IMG/VR virus record: IMGVR_UViG_3300031963_000084
Reading direction: 5' to 3' (one strand)
From: an uncultured virus (IMG/VR IMGVR_UViG_3300031963_000084)
Lineage: Duplodnaviria; Heunggongvirae; Uroviricota; Caudoviricetes
DNA: 64,000 nucleotides
The notes under the pieces were generated by a model that saw nothing but the letters and a program-made list of their open reading frames with translations, did no database searches and was not told the DNA's origin. The translations under genes were made by a program, and so were the position numbers. Position 1 is the stretch's first letter. The number at the start of each line of letters is the position of its first letter. Below, piece after piece: positions 36,901 to 47,500 of this stretch.

Positions 36901-37938
36901 TATTCTTGAATTATCAACGCGGAATTCATAACTACCTGTAGACTTAGCCAAATTATAATTAGCCGTTGAAAAATTAGTAGTTTGAGATGATGGACATTTA
37001 GCAAAAACTAATCCATATACAACGGTATTTCCGATTAATGTATATGAAGCAGTCAAATAACTGTAATACGGATGAGTAGATGATCTAGGAGCAGTATTTT
37101 GAGAACCAGAAATATTACCAAATGTATTTGTATCAAATACCAATGAATACGTAGTTGCGCTAGATGAAATAGATCCTGAAAAACGTGATTTTTGGAAATC
37201 AAAATTTGCCAAACTATAGTTAGTTGTTTTACCTACCGTAAAATTGCGTCTTTGTACAGAAGCGGTAAATGCATTATAATAATCAGTGGTGGTGATTTTT
37301 AATACTTTACCTAAACTGGCTGAAGTAGCCAAGGAACTTGAAAGTGTTGAATAATATGGCAAACCATTGATATTATTTAATAAAAATAAACTAATTTCAC
37401 TTGTAGTGGCTTTGGTTACTGTAATTTTACCGGATAATCCAATAAAATTATTTTTTCCGACAACTGTATTGTTACTTCCAGAAGATATTAATACAGAACT
37501 ACTTTGTTGATAATTAATATTGGTAGTATAATTTGTATCGTCCAAATACATGAATGATGCGGTTGTAATAGCACCGGCATCTGATCCACGATTCCACGTA
37601 CCTGGTTGTGCATAAACAAGTAATGGATTCTTTTGCCAGTAACCAGTTAAACCACCTACACGAACAACTGTGACAATGCCTTGTTGTTGTAGATATTCTT
37701 TTGCTGTATATGGACCGTAATATACACCGTCAGCAACACCGAAACGATTTTCTAATGTAGCTACATCTGTTAAAGTTGCTGGGAAAAATGCGGGCCCGTC
37801 AGAAAATGGTGCTACTATAGCACCACCGATGTTAGCGACTCCTTGTGCTAAACCCGACAGATCGTTTTCTCTGGTAAAAACGCCTGGACTTACTATATTT
37901 TGTGTTGGGGCAAATGTGCCTCCTTCTTGTATTGGCAT
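33994..37938 (-). CDS. gp18: Tail sheath protein, T4 gp18-like (1314 aa)
   Basis: 'SPGVFTREND', 'YYPWVKI', 'WYAPAGLNRG', 'VWGQKTL...SALDRINVRRLL', 'IQPTRTAEFI'. Confidence 0.95.
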   Translation of the reverse strand: MPIQEGGTFAPTQNIVSPGVFTRENDLSGLAQGVANIGGAIVAPFSDGPAFFPATLTDVATLENRFGVADGVYYGPYTAKEYLQQQGIVTVVRVGGLTGYWQKNPLLVYAQPGTWNRGSDAGAITTASFMYLDDTNYTTNINYQQSSSVLISSGSNNTVVGKNNFIGLSGKITVTKATTSEISLFLLNNINGLPYYSTLSSSLATSASLGKVLKITTTDYYNAFTASVQRRNFTVGKTTNYSLANFDFQKSRFSGSISSSATTYSLVFDTNTFGNISGSQNTAPRSSTHPYYSYLTASYTLIGNTVVYGLVFAKCPSSQTTNFSTANYNLAKSTGSYEFRVDNSRISLSGSINVKFGSVAATSLVNAGSTDGTGTLSGSVLYADQQLNIGGIGPILFTKKGAPSNAQYPYYYLTSSVQAQDVSAETAISTAFAESTATSVLFSSSYFNDTSIGYNRDVLNVSSGNVQLLSGSVASVRGSGTCVAGLQLKGVISGNYGKYTGTFTPDGTNSNDPCNPNTSGRQNMILAVLANTQNASAQFSSDYEVYGFNNTTLSQLTSSTFPYKNLINPNENVYNLALRYNFTNPNGSVSSGTYGYYDFSLNENDNNYIKDVFGVDPTVGNPDKQIAGQKVEAAYNYVLFEDSIKKFVAEKTSNLGWKLQVGTNSISGSTIVGEPLKFVDQYSTNLNAGDSQFSITNATTPWIYSQKIAPFKGSAAESPEPTKFQLFRVHTLSDGTLSNKKFKIEISNVKLAGTVPGSDWGSFTLAVRAYSDTDKKPKYLEIFQNCNLDPESANYVARKVGDRYAYITYAGKIIQFGDFVNLSRYIRIEMADTSYPVSSVPYGFESYSTPIDSTASIYVPYIQYSKASIYGLAPGKYPSGTVFGGVPQTDDEIQSLYPTSSFGVGVENNTHQYFNPLPYYGNTDSNGLNIDFDLEDKVWGTSTAKYYAQGTSASTGSLLAPSLSGSIPSTYDAVNESTYVKLRKFVVGFQGGFDGQWPAIPINVGSAITPGNTQGLDCTNINSPGSIAYKQCIAALGNADEFDINLIVLPGIFREMHSYVTELVIDMCETRQDCFYIMDNVVFPASNQTVGLIDAAVNTVATVDSNYVGTYYPWVKILDTNTNKIISVPPSVVLPAVYAANDNAAAEWYAPAGLNRGGIPQAVQVLDRVTHSERDTLYEGRVNPIAAFPGQGICVWGQKTLQIAPSALDRINVRRLLINLKKFIASSSNYLVFEQNVAATRNRFLSIVTPYLESVQQRNGIYAFQVKMDETNNTPDLIDRNILYGQIYIQPTRTAEFIILDFNILPTGGASFNV

Positions 37939-38028
37939 AATGTTAATATCCTTTCAAAAGTTATATTTAATCAATAAATATAAAATAAAAAAAGGAAGAT
38001 TAAACTATTTATTATATCTTTTTTTATT

Positions 38029-40164
38029 TTATAACAAATTTTTATCAACCGTTAATTTATTGATTGTATCAATTACTTGATCGGGAGTTATAGTTTTAGT
38101 ACATATAAAGTGATCTTTTGTATTTTTATTAACAGGACACCAATTCCAATCTCCTCCGTCTAATTTGTACAAACTATTGTTCCAACAACCGTTACAAACC
38201 GACTCGTTTATTAATCTATAAGGAGTGGAAAACTCATTGAAAGTTTTAGTAAATCCGCTTATTAAAATTACAGGTTTACGTAATGCCCAAGCAAGCCAAC
38301 TAATACCCGAACTCAATCCTATAAAAAATTCGCAGTTATAAAGCCAATTTATCGCATCATTGATATTTTCTGTTTTTGGATGAACCACATTATATAAATT
38401 TTTTAAATCCATGTAATTTAACGGTTCTTTTTGAATGACAACTACTTTATATCCGATTTTATTCAAATAATCTACAGTTTTTTGCCATCCACCGTCATAT
38501 TGCCAATGTTTACAACCTGACGTTGATGCAGTAGAAATACATACGTATTTTTCATCAAGTTTACGTGTAGTGTTGTTCACAATTATACTAGGAGTTATTT
38601 CTACGTAATCAAAACCAAGAATATTTGCCGAAATTTCTTGTAAGTTTTGTTCTCTATAATCTTTAGGTGATAAATTTCTGTCGGATGGGTCAAAACAACC
38701 TATTCTATATGTAGCAAAATAATTACTATTTAAATTTTGATTATAATTATAAAAATTTAAATTTGGATATGAGTCTTTAAATATATTTTTATTTGGTGTG
38801 TATATATCAACTATACACTTATGAGTTTTCTGAAATTTATCAATATAAGAAATCCACGATATATAATCTCCAAGTGAAGGAGACTCGTTTATTATTTTAA
38901 CATTTTTATTTTCTAAATTAAGATCGTATATAAAAATTTCATTTGTTTCTATATCTTTTATTTCAATTCTCCACGGAATATAATATTTTTTACTAGCTAC
39001 ACACCACATATTATTGGTGATATCGGTTTCATATAATATTTGACTTGAATTAAGATCTTTCATTTTTATATTATATTTTTTCGTGATTGATCCTAATATT
39101 TCTACTTTTGGTCCATTATTGAAATCAAAAACAAATTCGTTTTTGATTTCAATCGGATTAATTGGAGACTTATAAGTTATTTCTGTATTATTGTATATGT
39201 CCACCAATTGTGTAGCCATCGTTTGATTGTTATATATGTTAATTAAATTCATTACAATATTATCCCAACTTTTAATTTTTGATGTAAATAAACATTTATT
39301 TTTAAATTGTTCATAATTAGCAATGACATAATTGATGCCATTAACAATACAGTCAACGTCTCTTTCAACTTTATACAAACCTTCCAATTCGTTATTTTTT
39401 TCGTATGTTCCTACTATTGGTAATCCACACCCAATTGATTCCAACAAAGTTAAATTTGGATGACCAGCTTCCAAATCTGATAAATGTAAAAATATTGAAT
39501 GTGATTGGTACTCTTTTAATAATTCTTGTTCGTTTAAATTAAATTTTAAAGTTAATTTTTCATAGTCGGAATTGAATTTTTTAAAAAAATGTTTATTATT
39601 TTCTGGACCTGCTATGGTAATAGGTAAATTTAATTTCTCAGCTGCATGTATAGCATATGAAAATCCTTTTCTATCATACGATTTATCGTGAGCTATACCG
39701 TTATTAGCAACACATAACAAACGATGTGTGTTAAAATTATTTTGTGACGGTTTAAAAAATTCGTTATTTACACCGTGACTTAAATATAAAACGTTTTTTA
39801 AATCAAAATATTCAACCAAATACTTTGCTGGTACAAAAGTCTTCAAAGAATATTTAGCGGCTTCGTAATTTTCTTTAAAAACATTACTTTCTTTTGTATA
39901 CAAAAAAGCGTGGTGATCGTGACATGTAAAAAAATAAGGAATATTTTTATTACGAAGCATAATTGCTAAATTTGCAACGTGTACGTGTATTACATCATAT
40001 TTAGATGGATCTATATCATTTAAATATAAAATGTCACATACATGACCCATTTTCTCAAAAGCTTTTTTATATTCCCATATAATTTTTTCAACCGCCCCCC
40101 AACCATTTGGTGGAATTGGTAAAATGCCTGGATGTACTTGTACAATTTTCATTTTAAATATCAA
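38029..40164 (-). CDS. GT4 glycosyltransferase fused to an autotransporter O-heptosyltransferase (TibC/Aah family)
   Basis: N-terminal 'IPPNGWGAVEK...EAGHPNLTLLES'; C-terminal 'FDFNNGPKV...KKYYIPW...SLGD...FFIGLSSGISWLAWA...VILISGF...EF.TPYR...CNGCWN...WCP...FICTK'. Confidence 0.85.
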   Translation of the reverse strand: MIFKMKIVQVHPGILPIPPNGWGAVEKIIWEYKKAFEKMGHVCDILYLNDIDPSKYDVIHVHVANLAIMLRNKNIPYFFTCHDHHAFLYTKESNVFKENYEAAKYSLKTFVPAKYLVEYFDLKNVLYLSHGVNNEFFKPSQNNFNTHRLLCVANNGIAHDKSYDRKGFSYAIHAAEKLNLPITIAGPENNKHFFKKFNSDYEKLTLKFNLNEQELLKEYQSHSIFLHLSDLEAGHPNLTLLESIGCGLPIVGTYEKNNELEGLYKVERDVDCIVNGINYVIANYEQFKNKCLFTSKIKSWDNIVMNLINIYNNQTMATQLVDIYNNTEITYKSPINPIEIKNEFVFDFNNGPKVEILGSITKKYNIKMKDLNSSQILYETDITNNMWCVASKKYYIPWRIEIKDIETNEIFIYDLNLENKNVKIINESPSLGDYISWISYIDKFQKTHKCIVDIYTPNKNIFKDSYPNLNFYNYNQNLNSNYFATYRIGCFDPSDRNLSPKDYREQNLQEISANILGFDYVEITPSIIVNNTTRKLDEKYVCISTASTSGCKHWQYDGGWQKTVDYLNKIGYKVVVIQKEPLNYMDLKNLYNVVHPKTENINDAINWLYNCEFFIGLSSGISWLAWALRKPVILISGFTKTFNEFSTPYRLINESVCNGCWNNSLYKLDGGDWNWCPVNKNTKDHFICTKTITPDQVIDTINKLTVDKNLL

Positions 40165-40168
40165 TTTT

Positions 40169-41908
40169 TTAATTTATATAACTACTTACATCTTCTGTTT
40201 TTTCAGTATACAACAAAATATCGTTTTGATAAACATCTATTTTTTTTGTATTTTTGCTCAAATTATTAAAATTCCAAGCATGTATACAAGAAACCGTGTG
40301 ATTAATATATGTAGTTGTATTATCCGTAAATTCTACTTTTATAAATCTTTTAATTTCGTTGGGTGTATAATTATATGTTAGTAATATATATTCATCTTTG
40401 TATTTATACAATCTTGTGGTACATCCTCTATATTTACTGTCGTAATTAGATACCGAGGTTTCAGTATTCCATATGGTATCTTTAAAATCATTTTTCATTT
40501 GATCTCCACCGGATTTTTTTAAAATTTCATCGTCTTTATTTTTTTTAAGATAATCGTATATAAAAACTTCTACTATTTTAAAATCATTATTATTATAAAT
40601 TTCATGTAAATAATTTTTATAATCTAATTCACATGTTATTTTTTTAATTTTATTTAAAAAATAGTCTATTTCACAATAGAAATAGTGAAAAGATATGTCC
40701 GGTGGATTATTATTATCATTGTAATAAAATAATCCTTTTTTATTTTGAAAAAAACATTCTAATGGAATATTTTTTATATATTTTCTAGAGTTTGGTCCGT
40801 ACAAATCGTCAACTTCAAATCTTTGAAAATGTGTATAGCCCAAATTTTTAGCATACATTAAAGAATTAAATAAATTTATTAATACAGATAAACCGTGTTT
40901 TTGGAGACTATAAGATATATCGTGACATTCCATATTACCAATTAATTTCCAAGTATCTAAATACGGTAAATTAGTATAGGTATCACTAAACAGGTTATTA
41001 TTACTATCATATAAATAATATTTAACTCCGTTTATAATGTTTATGTCTATAAGAGTATTAGAAACTAAGAGTACTTCGTGTCCATCTTCTTTCATCCAAT
41101 TTAAAGTATTACTTAGTTTATTTTTGATAGCATCGTTATGAACAAAACTATCAATTATAGTAATAGTTTTATTTACATGATGTACATATCTACGTTCTAA
41201 TTCTCTTTTTATTATTTCATTATTAACATTTTTTTCCTCATCGGTTTTAGTACTAAATACACACGACTCTCTAAACCTATAAATTCCAACACATTTATCA
41301 TTATCACAATAACCATCGCCGTTTTTTAAAAGTTCAAAATTAAAAATCCAATCGGGATATGGATAATTCAAAAATTTATCCATTGTATTTATTTCTAATC
41401 TTCTATACACTCTACCAAAACAAATATAATTTGTTATAAGCAGATCTTTCAATTTAACAATCTTTAAAGAACTACAAACCCAGTGTGTTTCTGGAAATAT
41501 TTTATCATTTTGTTTATACTTACATCCAGAAGAATAGACTACATATTGTTTATTATTGTCTAAAAAACTAACGGCTCTTTGAAAATAATTTATATCTGTA
41601 AGATAATCGTCTCCATCTATATAAAATACGTATTCGCCTTTACATTCTTTATTAAGAATGATTGGATTGTGAGAAACGCCGTAATTAACACTGTTATCCA
41701 ACAATTTCAAATTTTTTAAATGAGAAAATTTACTATGAATAATATTGTAAGTGTTATCATTAGAACCATCATCCCTAACTATTATTTCATATTCAAAATC
41801 AACTTGTTGATTAAGTACAGAATTTACACATTCCTCTATGTACTCTTCAAATTTATAACACGGTATTATTACGCTTAATTTCATATGATTAATTTTTAAC
41901 AAAAACAA
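40169..41908 (-). CDS. GT2 glycosyltransferase with an uncharacterised C-terminal domain
   Basis: 'LSVIIPCY', 'DDGSNDNT', 'YIDGDDY'. Confidence 0.85.
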   Translation of the reverse strand: MFLLKINHMKLSVIIPCYKFEEYIEECVNSVLNQQVDFEYEIIVRDDGSNDNTYNIIHSKFSHLKNLKLLDNSVNYGVSHNPIILNKECKGEYVFYIDGDDYLTDINYFQRAVSFLDNNKQYVVYSSGCKYKQNDKIFPETHWVCSSLKIVKLKDLLITNYICFGRVYRRLEINTMDKFLNYPYPDWIFNFELLKNGDGYCDNDKCVGIYRFRESCVFSTKTDEEKNVNNEIIKRELERRYVHHVNKTITIIDSFVHNDAIKNKLSNTLNWMKEDGHEVLLVSNTLIDINIINGVKYYLYDSNNNLFSDTYTNLPYLDTWKLIGNMECHDISYSLQKHGLSVLINLFNSLMYAKNLGYTHFQRFEVDDLYGPNSRKYIKNIPLECFFQNKKGLFYYNDNNNPPDISFHYFYCEIDYFLNKIKKITCELDYKNYLHEIYNNNDFKIVEVFIYDYLKKNKDDEILKKSGGDQMKNDFKDTIWNTETSVSNYDSKYRGCTTRLYKYKDEYILLTYNYTPNEIKRFIKVEFTDNTTTYINHTVSCIHAWNFNNLSKNTKKIDVYQNDILLYTEKTEDVSSYIN

Positions 41909-44528
41909 TATCGCCCCACTGATGATATGTGTAAAACCAATACTTTTTAATAAAATTAAAGTTTGACAAATATTTAACTATATCTTCTTCCGAAGCATTT
42001 CCTTCATACATATTACCTATGTTTACTTCTGTTTTTATTATCTTTAACGAAGGTGAGTGTAGTAAATCTCCGAATCCTTCTAAAACCTGTAAATCTGATC
42101 CTTGACAATCTACTACTAACATATTAATATCATTCCAATTAAAATCAGTCTGACTATTGACATATGTATCAAATCTTTTTGTCAATACCGATATTTTATT
42201 ATTATAGTGAATGTGTGGATATTGTTTTTTATGTTCTTCTCCTAACTCTAAAACGGAAGAACTTTCTTCGTTATTTGATATATTAAAATTTTTAATTATA
42301 TCATCTTTATTATAAAGAGTAAACGGTAACCAATATTGTTTTTTACCAAACTTAGCCGTATTATTAATTAATTTATTTAATATTAAATAATTGGCTTCGA
42401 CCCAAACCATTGTATCTACATCATTTTTAACATATTCTTTAACTTCAGCTCCTACGTGAGATCCTACATGGCAAATTCCTTTTATATTAGCAATTTCTTT
42501 TTTAAGGAATTCTATATCAGTAACTAGTAACTCTTTTTTATTTTCTTTTTTTGCATATATAGTTGCATTATCTATATTTAGATAATTGTCAATTATATCT
42601 TCGTTATTTTTACTGTGATTTCTAACTTGTAAAATACTAAATCCATGTGATTCTAATATTTCCACTAGCTTTTTAACACGTTTGTCTTTATTGTCATGAT
42701 ATTCCAATAAAATTGAATCGGTGATATCATAAATATTTTTGTTTAGATTTTCTAATATAGAATACTCGGCTCCTTCTACGTCTAGTTTAAGCAGAGATAT
42801 TTGTTTAATGTTATAATCATTAACTATTTTTTCCAAAGTAGTACAATCTACGGTTTGAGTACAAGTATTAGTATTAGCGTGTTCTTTATATAAAGAACTT
42901 AACGTAGTACAATCATCGTTTGTATACAAATCAACCGTCCCCACAAAGTCAGAGATAGCTTTATTAATAATTGTAATTCTGTTTTCGTCGTTAAAAATAC
43001 TACGTAAGTTTGATAAACAATTTATGTTTGGCTCTATAGCAAAAATTTGTTTTGCGTTTTTATCAAAACACAGTTTAGAAAATAATCCTGAGTTTGCACC
43101 TATATCTATAACTGTAGATAAATTATCTATACCATAACAATCATAATTTTTTTTCACAAACATTTCTAGATAGTTGTGAAATAACAAATCAAAAGGATTT
43201 ATTATATTAAATTTAAATTTATCATTCTTTCTATTTTTATCAATATACAATTCCGTAGACGTTATTATTTTTTTATTTAGATCATATATTTCTATTAAAA
43301 ATCCACGAAACGTATCTTCTTTTTCAAAATCAAACACGTGTGTTGGAATAGGAATGGTCCAAAATGTCGAATTTTTATAAAAAATATTCTTAAAATTATA
43401 GATAGGAATATTTGAATCAACATCTTTTATAACAACGTGACATTCTATATTTTTATCGCTTAAATATTCAAAAACAATTTTATTTGAATTTTCAAACTTA
43501 ACGTTGAATAAATTATTAATTTTAACAGATGTATCTAATGTTGTTTTGGGGTCGGTAGACTCATTGATAACGGTATCAGATATGAAATTTTTTATTAAAA
43601 ATAGATTATCTTCCAAATCATTAGTTAACCACGTAATATTTTTATATTTATTGTACATCCCACAGTATACAGGTAGATTATACATCAATATAGGCATATT
43701 CCAACCAATTGCTTCTCTTAAAACTAAAGGACTTGTTTCTTTATCGTTAGCGTGTCCTCTTGAAGTAAAAATAAAAACATCCATAGCGTTGTAAAACGTA
43801 TCAACGTCTCGTCTTTCTCCCCACCATTTACAATTTGCAGGAAAACTTTTCATTAAAGGTTCCCAATAGCTTTTAAAATTATCCGCTTGGTTACCGACAA
43901 AATGAAATTGTACGTTTTTATCTAATAATTTTCTGGCATAATCAATAATTTCAGACTGATTTTTTCTAGAAGTAAACAACCCAACATTCAGAAAATGTTT
44001 TTTATTAGGATCCAATCCGAGATTTAAAAGTGATTTATTACGATCAGTTTTTACTTTATATGATATAGGATACTCTACCACGTAAGATGGTATAGATAAC
44101 GGTGAAAACATGTTTTTTTGATACTCACTAACAAAAACGAAACTATCAGGAAAAAATTGTTTTTGTGAAATATTAAAACTACTGTCGTGTGAGGTTTCTA
44201 TGATCTTATATGATCGTTCATTGGTATATATTTTTTTGGATATTTCTCGGTCACAAAAATATTCGGGCAATTCTTCTAAATGAATTATATCCGGATTTAT
44301 ATTTTTTATATGATCGATCAATTCGGTTTTATTATCCGTCAGAGTTATAAGTTTATTACCCAATAATTGTTCTATCTGTGATCTTTGAACAACCAAAACT
44401 CCTCCTGTAATATTTGAATATTCAATACAATAAATTTCGTGGTTATTTATCAATTCTAATATTTTTTTTAAAAGGTATTGAGGAGCTCCTCCGGTAGATA
44501 AGTGAGGTGTTATAAACAAAATTTTCAT
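41889..44528 (-). CDS. GT4 glycosyltransferase fused to two FkbM-type methyltransferase domains
   Basis: 'TPHLSTGGAPQ', 'NVGLFTSRKNQ', 'ETSPLVLREA'; 'IDIGANSG...LLKLDVEGAE'; 'HVGSHVG...LVVDCQGSD'. Confidence 0.85.
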   Translation of the reverse strand: MKILFITPHLSTGGAPQYLLKKILELINNHEIYCIEYSNITGGVLVVQRSQIEQLLGNKLITLTDNKTELIDHIKNINPDIIHLEELPEYFCDREISKKIYTNERSYKIIETSHDSSFNISQKQFFPDSFVFVSEYQKNMFSPLSIPSYVVEYPISYKVKTDRNKSLLNLGLDPNKKHFLNVGLFTSRKNQSEIIDYARKLLDKNVQFHFVGNQADNFKSYWEPLMKSFPANCKWWGERRDVDTFYNAMDVFIFTSRGHANDKETSPLVLREAIGWNMPILMYNLPVYCGMYNKYKNITWLTNDLEDNLFLIKNFISDTVINESTDPKTTLDTSVKINNLFNVKFENSNKIVFEYLSDKNIECHVVIKDVDSNIPIYNFKNIFYKNSTFWTIPIPTHVFDFEKEDTFRGFLIEIYDLNKKIITSTELYIDKNRKNDKFKFNIINPFDLLFHNYLEMFVKKNYDCYGIDNLSTVIDIGANSGLFSKLCFDKNAKQIFAIEPNINCLSNLRSIFNDENRITIINKAISDFVGTVDLYTNDDCTTLSSLYKEHANTNTCTQTVDCTTLEKIVNDYNIKQISLLKLDVEGAEYSILENLNKNIYDITDSILLEYHDNKDKRVKKLVEILESHGFSILQVRNHSKNNEDIIDNYLNIDNATIYAKKENKKELLVTDIEFLKKEIANIKGICHVGSHVGAEVKEYVKNDVDTMVWVEANYLILNKLINNTAKFGKKQYWLPFTLYNKDDIIKNFNISNNEESSSVLELGEEHKKQYPHIHYNNKISVLTKRFDTYVNSQTDFNWNDINMLVVDCQGSDLQVLEGFGDLLHSPSLKIIKTEVNIGNMYEGNASEEDIVKYLSNFNFIKKYWFYTYHQWGDIVFVKN

Positions 44529-44532
44529 AATA

Positions 44533-47500
44533 TTAAATACATACTACTTTACTATATCCTCCTTCTTTTTTTATTTCCACTCTGGTATCCACCATATCAC
44601 GCATTTGGTCCAAATGGCTGATTATCCATATGAACTCAAATTGATGTTTTAAATAATTAAACAACACGCCCATTTGACCCAAATGATCACTGTCAGCACA
44701 TCCAAATCCTTCGTCTATACAAATAATATTTGGTCTAGGCAAATTACTAATATTAATTAAAGCAACTCTAATTGCTAATCCACTTACAAACTTCTCCATG
44801 CCACTTGCCATTTCAAGTGGCCAACGTTTATCGTCATAAACTATATTAGTCATAATATTCTTACCATCTGTTTGCATAGTTACTGTAAACTCAACTAACT
44901 GTTGAAGAATATTATTAACTTCTTTTTCAATTTCAGGCAAAGTCTTGGTAATAATTTCATACGGAATTCCATCCCGACTTATAACATTGGTATATAGTTT
45001 ATAAGACTCATACGAATCTTCAAGCTCTTTAACTTTGCTAAGTTGATCGGTAGTATTTTTATACTGCAACTCAAGTCTTCCTTTTTCCGTAGAAATATTA
45101 AACAATTTATTATTCAATGATTTAATCTGAGATTCATAATCTTTGATAGAAGATTTTACAACATCAATTTCTGTTATTAACTTGATGTTATTTTCAATAA
45201 TATCTTTATTTTTATAAAAATTTTCAATATTATGAATTACATTACTCAAATCGTTTTGTAATCTGATTTTAAAATTTTCATCACGTAGTATTGCTGTAGA
45301 CAAAATCTCTTTGGATTTTTCTAATCTAACCTTTTCAGAATTTACACGTTGACATTCTTTGTAACGAGATTCAATGTCACCAAAAAAATCTAACTTAGAT
45401 TTAATAACATTATATTCTTCTACCAATAATTTTCCTTTGTTTTTATCATGTTCCAGTTCTTCTTTAGTCTTGATAGCATCTTTCACAAAAACGTTATTTA
45501 TACAATACGTACAATTAGGATCATATTTGTGTTCTTCTAATTTTTTAAGTTTATCAATTTTATTTTTAACTACTACTTTAAGCTTATCAATTTCTGAAGA
45601 TTTTTTTGATTCTTCATCTTTATAAATTTTATATTGATCATAATCGGTTTCTATATTTTCACAACTTTTTAATGAAGAAGATAAACTATATAACTCAGTT
45701 TCAATAGATGAAAACTTGGTCTTTTTATCATTGATATCTTTTTCAAATCTATTGATATTAGATTCTAAAGATTTCTTTTCGGATTCTAGTTTAGTAATGT
45801 CAATATCAAACGAAGATGTCTTAATAACATTATTTGATAGTTCTAATAACTTGTTATTATGATCATCTTTTTTAGATTCTAAGTCTTTTACTTCTAAATT
45901 GTATTGTGTAATACTTGTATTATTACTATCAATACTACTGGATACATTTTGTAATTCTTGTAGTAACTGTTCTTTGCTTACATTCTTTAAAAGTGTATTT
46001 GTTTCTTTAAACTTATCATTTGCCAAATTATACAATTGATCAAATACAGTTAATCCCATAAATTGGCACAACAAATCTTTACGTTCAGTTTGACCCAGAT
46101 CGATAAAAGATCCGGCCTTACTATTTTGTATACTAAGAACCGTTAAAATAAAATCTTCATACGTGCCTACGTAATCTCTGATTATATCATTTGTACTTCG
46201 CCGAGCTTCTCCGTTTAATGGTACTTCATTACCGTTTTCTATTTTATAGAACTTAACCTCAACTTTAACATTTCCTTTTTTATCGGATTTACCATCACGT
46301 TCAATAAAGTAATCAACACCGTTGACCTCAAAATTAAATTTACAACGAAAGCTCATCTTTTGAGTATTTAAAACATGTGATGCTTTGAACCCTTTACTAA
46401 ACTTATCAAATACACAAAATGCAAGTGCATCCATGATGCTTGATTTACCACTTGCATTTGGTGCAAATAATCCGATAGTGCCTTTTAGTTTTGTGAAATC
46501 AATTATGTTACCCTCACCATAACTAAACATGTTATCAAACTCAAACATCTTTGGCTTCCATCGAATGTTCTTTGGTGTCTTATCTTTAGATATCTCTTTG
46601 TTTAGAGATTTATTTAACTCTTTAACCTTCTCTATGATATCTTTATCTATGTTCTTAGTTAAGAGATTATCTTCAATAAGTTTATTTTGATAATCTACAT
46701 TAAAAATGTTGTGTATGTCAAATATCTGACCAGACTTTAAAGTCAAATCATTAGAAAGTTCATCGCCACGAACATAAGTAGTTTCAACTAAAGTACATTT
46801 TTCTTTAATTTCACTTACGATTTCCTTTACCTGTGAGGGTATAGATTCCCTACAGATTACTCTTAATGTAACCTTCTTTGGAATTGATGAAATATCCGTT
46901 ACTAGTTTGCCTTTGTTAATTTCAACTGTATAAAACCCATAGTCATTAGATAACTCGTAGTGTTTAAATACTTTACGTTTTAAGTCCCACATCAAAAATC
47001 CATGTCCTCTAAGTTCTTCACCATGATTTTGTTGAATCATGCTTGATGCATATGCAATGACTGGTTTATTTTCCTTTTCATCATATTCTTGTAGAACTTG
47101 ATGTTTATGAATATCACCCAACATTGCAATATGATGTCCATCAAACAGTTCGTTTGTGATTGCACGATTGCTCACGGTATATCCAATATCAGTAATTGCA
47201 TTATTTACTGGGCCGTGAAATAGTGCAATATGATGATCCGTACCAACCAGATACTTTGCGGGTACATCGTCTAATTTTACGTATTTTTCAGGACTATCAA
47301 ATACACTGAAATTATTAAATAAGATGTTTTCATATCTAAATACATCACTAGCTTTTAAGTAATAAAGATTTGAATGATTTAAACTGTCTACGATTGGAGT
47401 TAAACAATCTAATCTAGATTTATTAGCTAATGTAGCATCATGATTTCCAGCTATGAGAATTGTAGGAAGACGATCTGCACAGTTCTTTAAAAATTCACTT

